Source: an uncultured Bacilli bacterium (GTDB lineage Bacteria; Bacillota_I; Bacilli_A; RF39; UBA660). From it: DNA of 50,031 nt. The stretch is from contig CANRIB010000006.1 in the NCBI GenBank assembly GCA_947630575.1, forward strand, positions 1 to 50,031. Direction: 5' to 3'. The notes under the pieces are model-generated. The model did not search any database. It was not told the DNA's origin and was given only the letters and a program-made list of their open reading frames with translations. Position numbers and translations under genes: made by a program. This document shows, piece by piece, positions 48,463-50,031 of this stretch (the first letter of the stretch is position 1; every line of letters starts with the position of its first letter).

Positions 48463-48507
48463 AATATCGATATTTTTCTTGACTTTTAGTATATCAGATA
48501 TTATAAT
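48463..48507 (+). promoter_or_regulatory. sigmaA promoter with two palindromic operator-like sites
   Basis: TTGACT(48479)-17-TATAAT(48502); AATATCGATATT at 48463-74 and ATATCAGATAT at 48491-501. Confidence 0.65.
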
Positions 48508-48559
48508 TTTAATATAAGTTAGAAAAATCTAATAATATTGAAAGTTAGGGCGAATAAAA

Positions 48560-49978
48560 ATGGAAAAGAAAAATGGAATTTTAGTTTTAATAATGGTTTT
48601 AATTATAATAAGTGTAGTATTATTAATACCCAAGAATAAAGAATATAAAATAAAAGAAGATAATATTACAAAAGAAGAATATAATACATTATCTATGTTT
48701 ATAGTAGATGGAGAAAAAGAAACTCCAATAGATAAAACACCAGATGCTAGTAAATATGAAATAGATACAAATAAAAGTTATTGTAAAAGAGGAGATCAAG
48801 AATTACGTAATATCCTCACAACCATAAACAATAACTTTGTATTTAAAGAATTACATACCAATGATAAATGTTATTTATGGTTTAATAAAATTACTAATGT
48901 TGGAGATTTAATTATAGATAATTCGACTTATTATGATGGAACAACTCCAAATTTTAGTCAAACTGCATGTGATAGTGGGTGCAACACTACTGATAAAGGA
49001 CTTTATAAAACACAAGACGATGATGGAGATACATATTACTTTAGAGGAAGTGTAACAGATAACTGGGTCAAATTTGCAGGATATTATTGGAGGATTATTC
49101 GAATAAATGGTGATGGAACAATAAGGTTGATATATTCTGGAGATGAAAGTGAAACAAATGTAGATTTCCCAAATAGTAATAAAACTAATCCAGCATATGT
49201 GACAAATACTGGAACTCAAGTAACAATAGATAATTCTAATATTATAGCATTTAATATTAGTCCTAAGCAAAATAGATATGTAGGATATATGTATGGTTCT
49301 ACTAGTGGAGATTATTCTACATCACATAAAAATGATACATCAAGTAATATAAAAACAAAATTGGAAAGTTGGTATTCAACTAATTTAGAGAATAAATCAG
49401 TAGGAAGTAAAAAAGCATCAGATTATATAGATACAGATGCAGGATTTTGTGGAGATAGAACACCATATGATGGATATGGTTCTTCAGCAACTGTAGATTA
49501 TACAAAAGGAGGAACAACAACCACAACATATTATGGAGGGTATTTTAGATTAGCAGTGAATAAACAACCAGATTTACATTGTAAAAGAAAAACAGGAAAT
49601 AATGGAAGTACTACAACATTATCAGAAGATAATGATTTATATACAGTAAGTGGTTCTAAAAAGGGAAATAAAGCAATATCAAAACCAGTAGGGTTAATAA
49701 GTGCAGATGAAGTAAGTTTTGCAGGAGGTAGAACTGGAGCAAATAACCAAGGATATTACTTATATACAGGTCAAACATATTGGACAATGTCTCCGTCTGA
49801 CTTTAGCGGCTGGGCTTGGGTGTTCTATGTGGATACGAGTGGCAAGCTCAGCGACACCTACGCGTACTACTCGTATGGTGTGCGTCCAGTAATAAATCTA
49901 AAAGCTGATACAAAAATAGCATTTCAAAATCCTAATGGAGAAAATAAAGGAACATATCTTAGCTACGGACAGTTTTGA
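48560..49978 (+). CDS. Membrane-anchored surface protein with predicted C-type-lectin-like C-terminus, probable DGR target; last residues derive from an IS end
   Basis: N-terminal TM; 'YYFRG...NWVKF...WRIIRINGDG.IRLIY', 'VGLISADEV', 'YWTMSP...GVRPVINL'. Confidence 0.75.
   Translation: MEKKNGILVLIMVLIIISVVLLIPKNKEYKIKEDNITKEEYNTLSMFIVDGEKETPIDKTPDASKYEIDTNKSYCKRGDQELRNILTTINNNFVFKELHTNDKCYLWFNKITNVGDLIIDNSTYYDGTTPNFSQTACDSGCNTTDKGLYKTQDDDGDTYYFRGSVTDNWVKFAGYYWRIIRINGDGTIRLIYSGDESETNVDFPNSNKTNPAYVTNTGTQVTIDNSNIIAFNISPKQNRYVGYMYGSTSGDYSTSHKNDTSSNIKTKLESWYSTNLENKSVGSKKASDYIDTDAGFCGDRTPYDGYGSSATVDYTKGGTTTTTYYGGYFRLAVNKQPDLHCKRKTGNNGSTTTLSEDNDLYTVSGSKKGNKAISKPVGLISADEVSFAGGRTGANNQGYYLYTGQTYWTMSPSDFSGWAWVFYVDTSGKLSDTYAYYSYGVRPVINLKADTKIAFQNPNGENKGTYLSYGQF
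49781..49890 (+). other. Putative DGR variable region (VR)
   Basis: 60/110 G+C by hand count in an otherwise AT-rich gene; 12 of 36 codons are NNC; lies between WTMSP and GVRP. Confidence 0.7.
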
Positions 49979-50031
49979 ATAAACCCAGTGTTTATAAGGG
50001 ATAAAAGAATAAAAAGTACGACTAGTAAGTG
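49960..50031. mobile_element. Terminus of an IS-like element extending beyond the right window edge
   Basis: TAGCTACGGACAGTTTT, inverted match to 58-74; interrupts the end of the last ORF. Confidence 0.65.

Noticed and set aside
2690-49270. Short antisense or alternate-frame ORFs in the track (e.g. 2690-2941, 5918-6344, 11156-11401, 12513-12743, 13129-13724, 19920-20111, 22706-22978, 35324-35976, 37619-38478, 39206-39391, 42305-42583, 44618-44890, 47541-47801, 48908-49270)
   Set aside because: They overlap well-supported genes, lack recognisable motifs, and look like shadow frames.
1-49780. DGR template repeat or reverse transcriptase within the window
   Set aside because: By eye I found no second copy of the WTMSP...GVRP nucleotide frame and no RT-like ORF; a computational search is still advisable.
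75-49959. 50-kb composite transposon or circular element bounded by the IS ends
   Set aside because: The interval carries core genes (thrS, dnaB, rplI, der, priA) and the flanks are not identical TSDs; contig breakage at repeats is simpler.

Overview
Very AT-rich chromosomal segment using the standard genetic code. Gene content and style suggest a reduced-genome, spore-forming member of Bacilli, possibly an uncultured gut lineage such as RF39 (inference). Both window ends run into the inverted termini of the same IS-like element. The backbone is housekeeping genes (der, T-box-thrS, rplI-dnaB, rlmH, ung, priA, lspA-rluD, rluB) mixed with scattered sporulation genes (spoVIF, spoIVA, gerQ, sigG, ylmC) that carry sporulation-sigma-like promoters. 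An intact-looking IS3 joins a truncated AlbA_2/Schlafen gene to a truncated IS1182 transposase. Two regions stand out. (1) 37.3-47.9 kb is a stripped-down type VII secretion locus: Zn-ribbon membrane protein, EsaB, EssC, a tandem double WXG100 protein, three small helical proteins and a HerA-like ATPase, with no EsaA/EssA/EssB or toxin-immunity array in the window. (2) The last gene encodes a surface protein whose 3' end has an abrupt ~55% GC, NNC-rich segment that looks like the variable region of a diversity-generating retroelement; the template and RT are not in the window. Smaller signals are co-varying palindromes inside both ORF6N domains, an RBS-sequestering hairpin before sigG, a possible ATT-start orphan ORF under T-box control, and loss of walRK from its usual locus.
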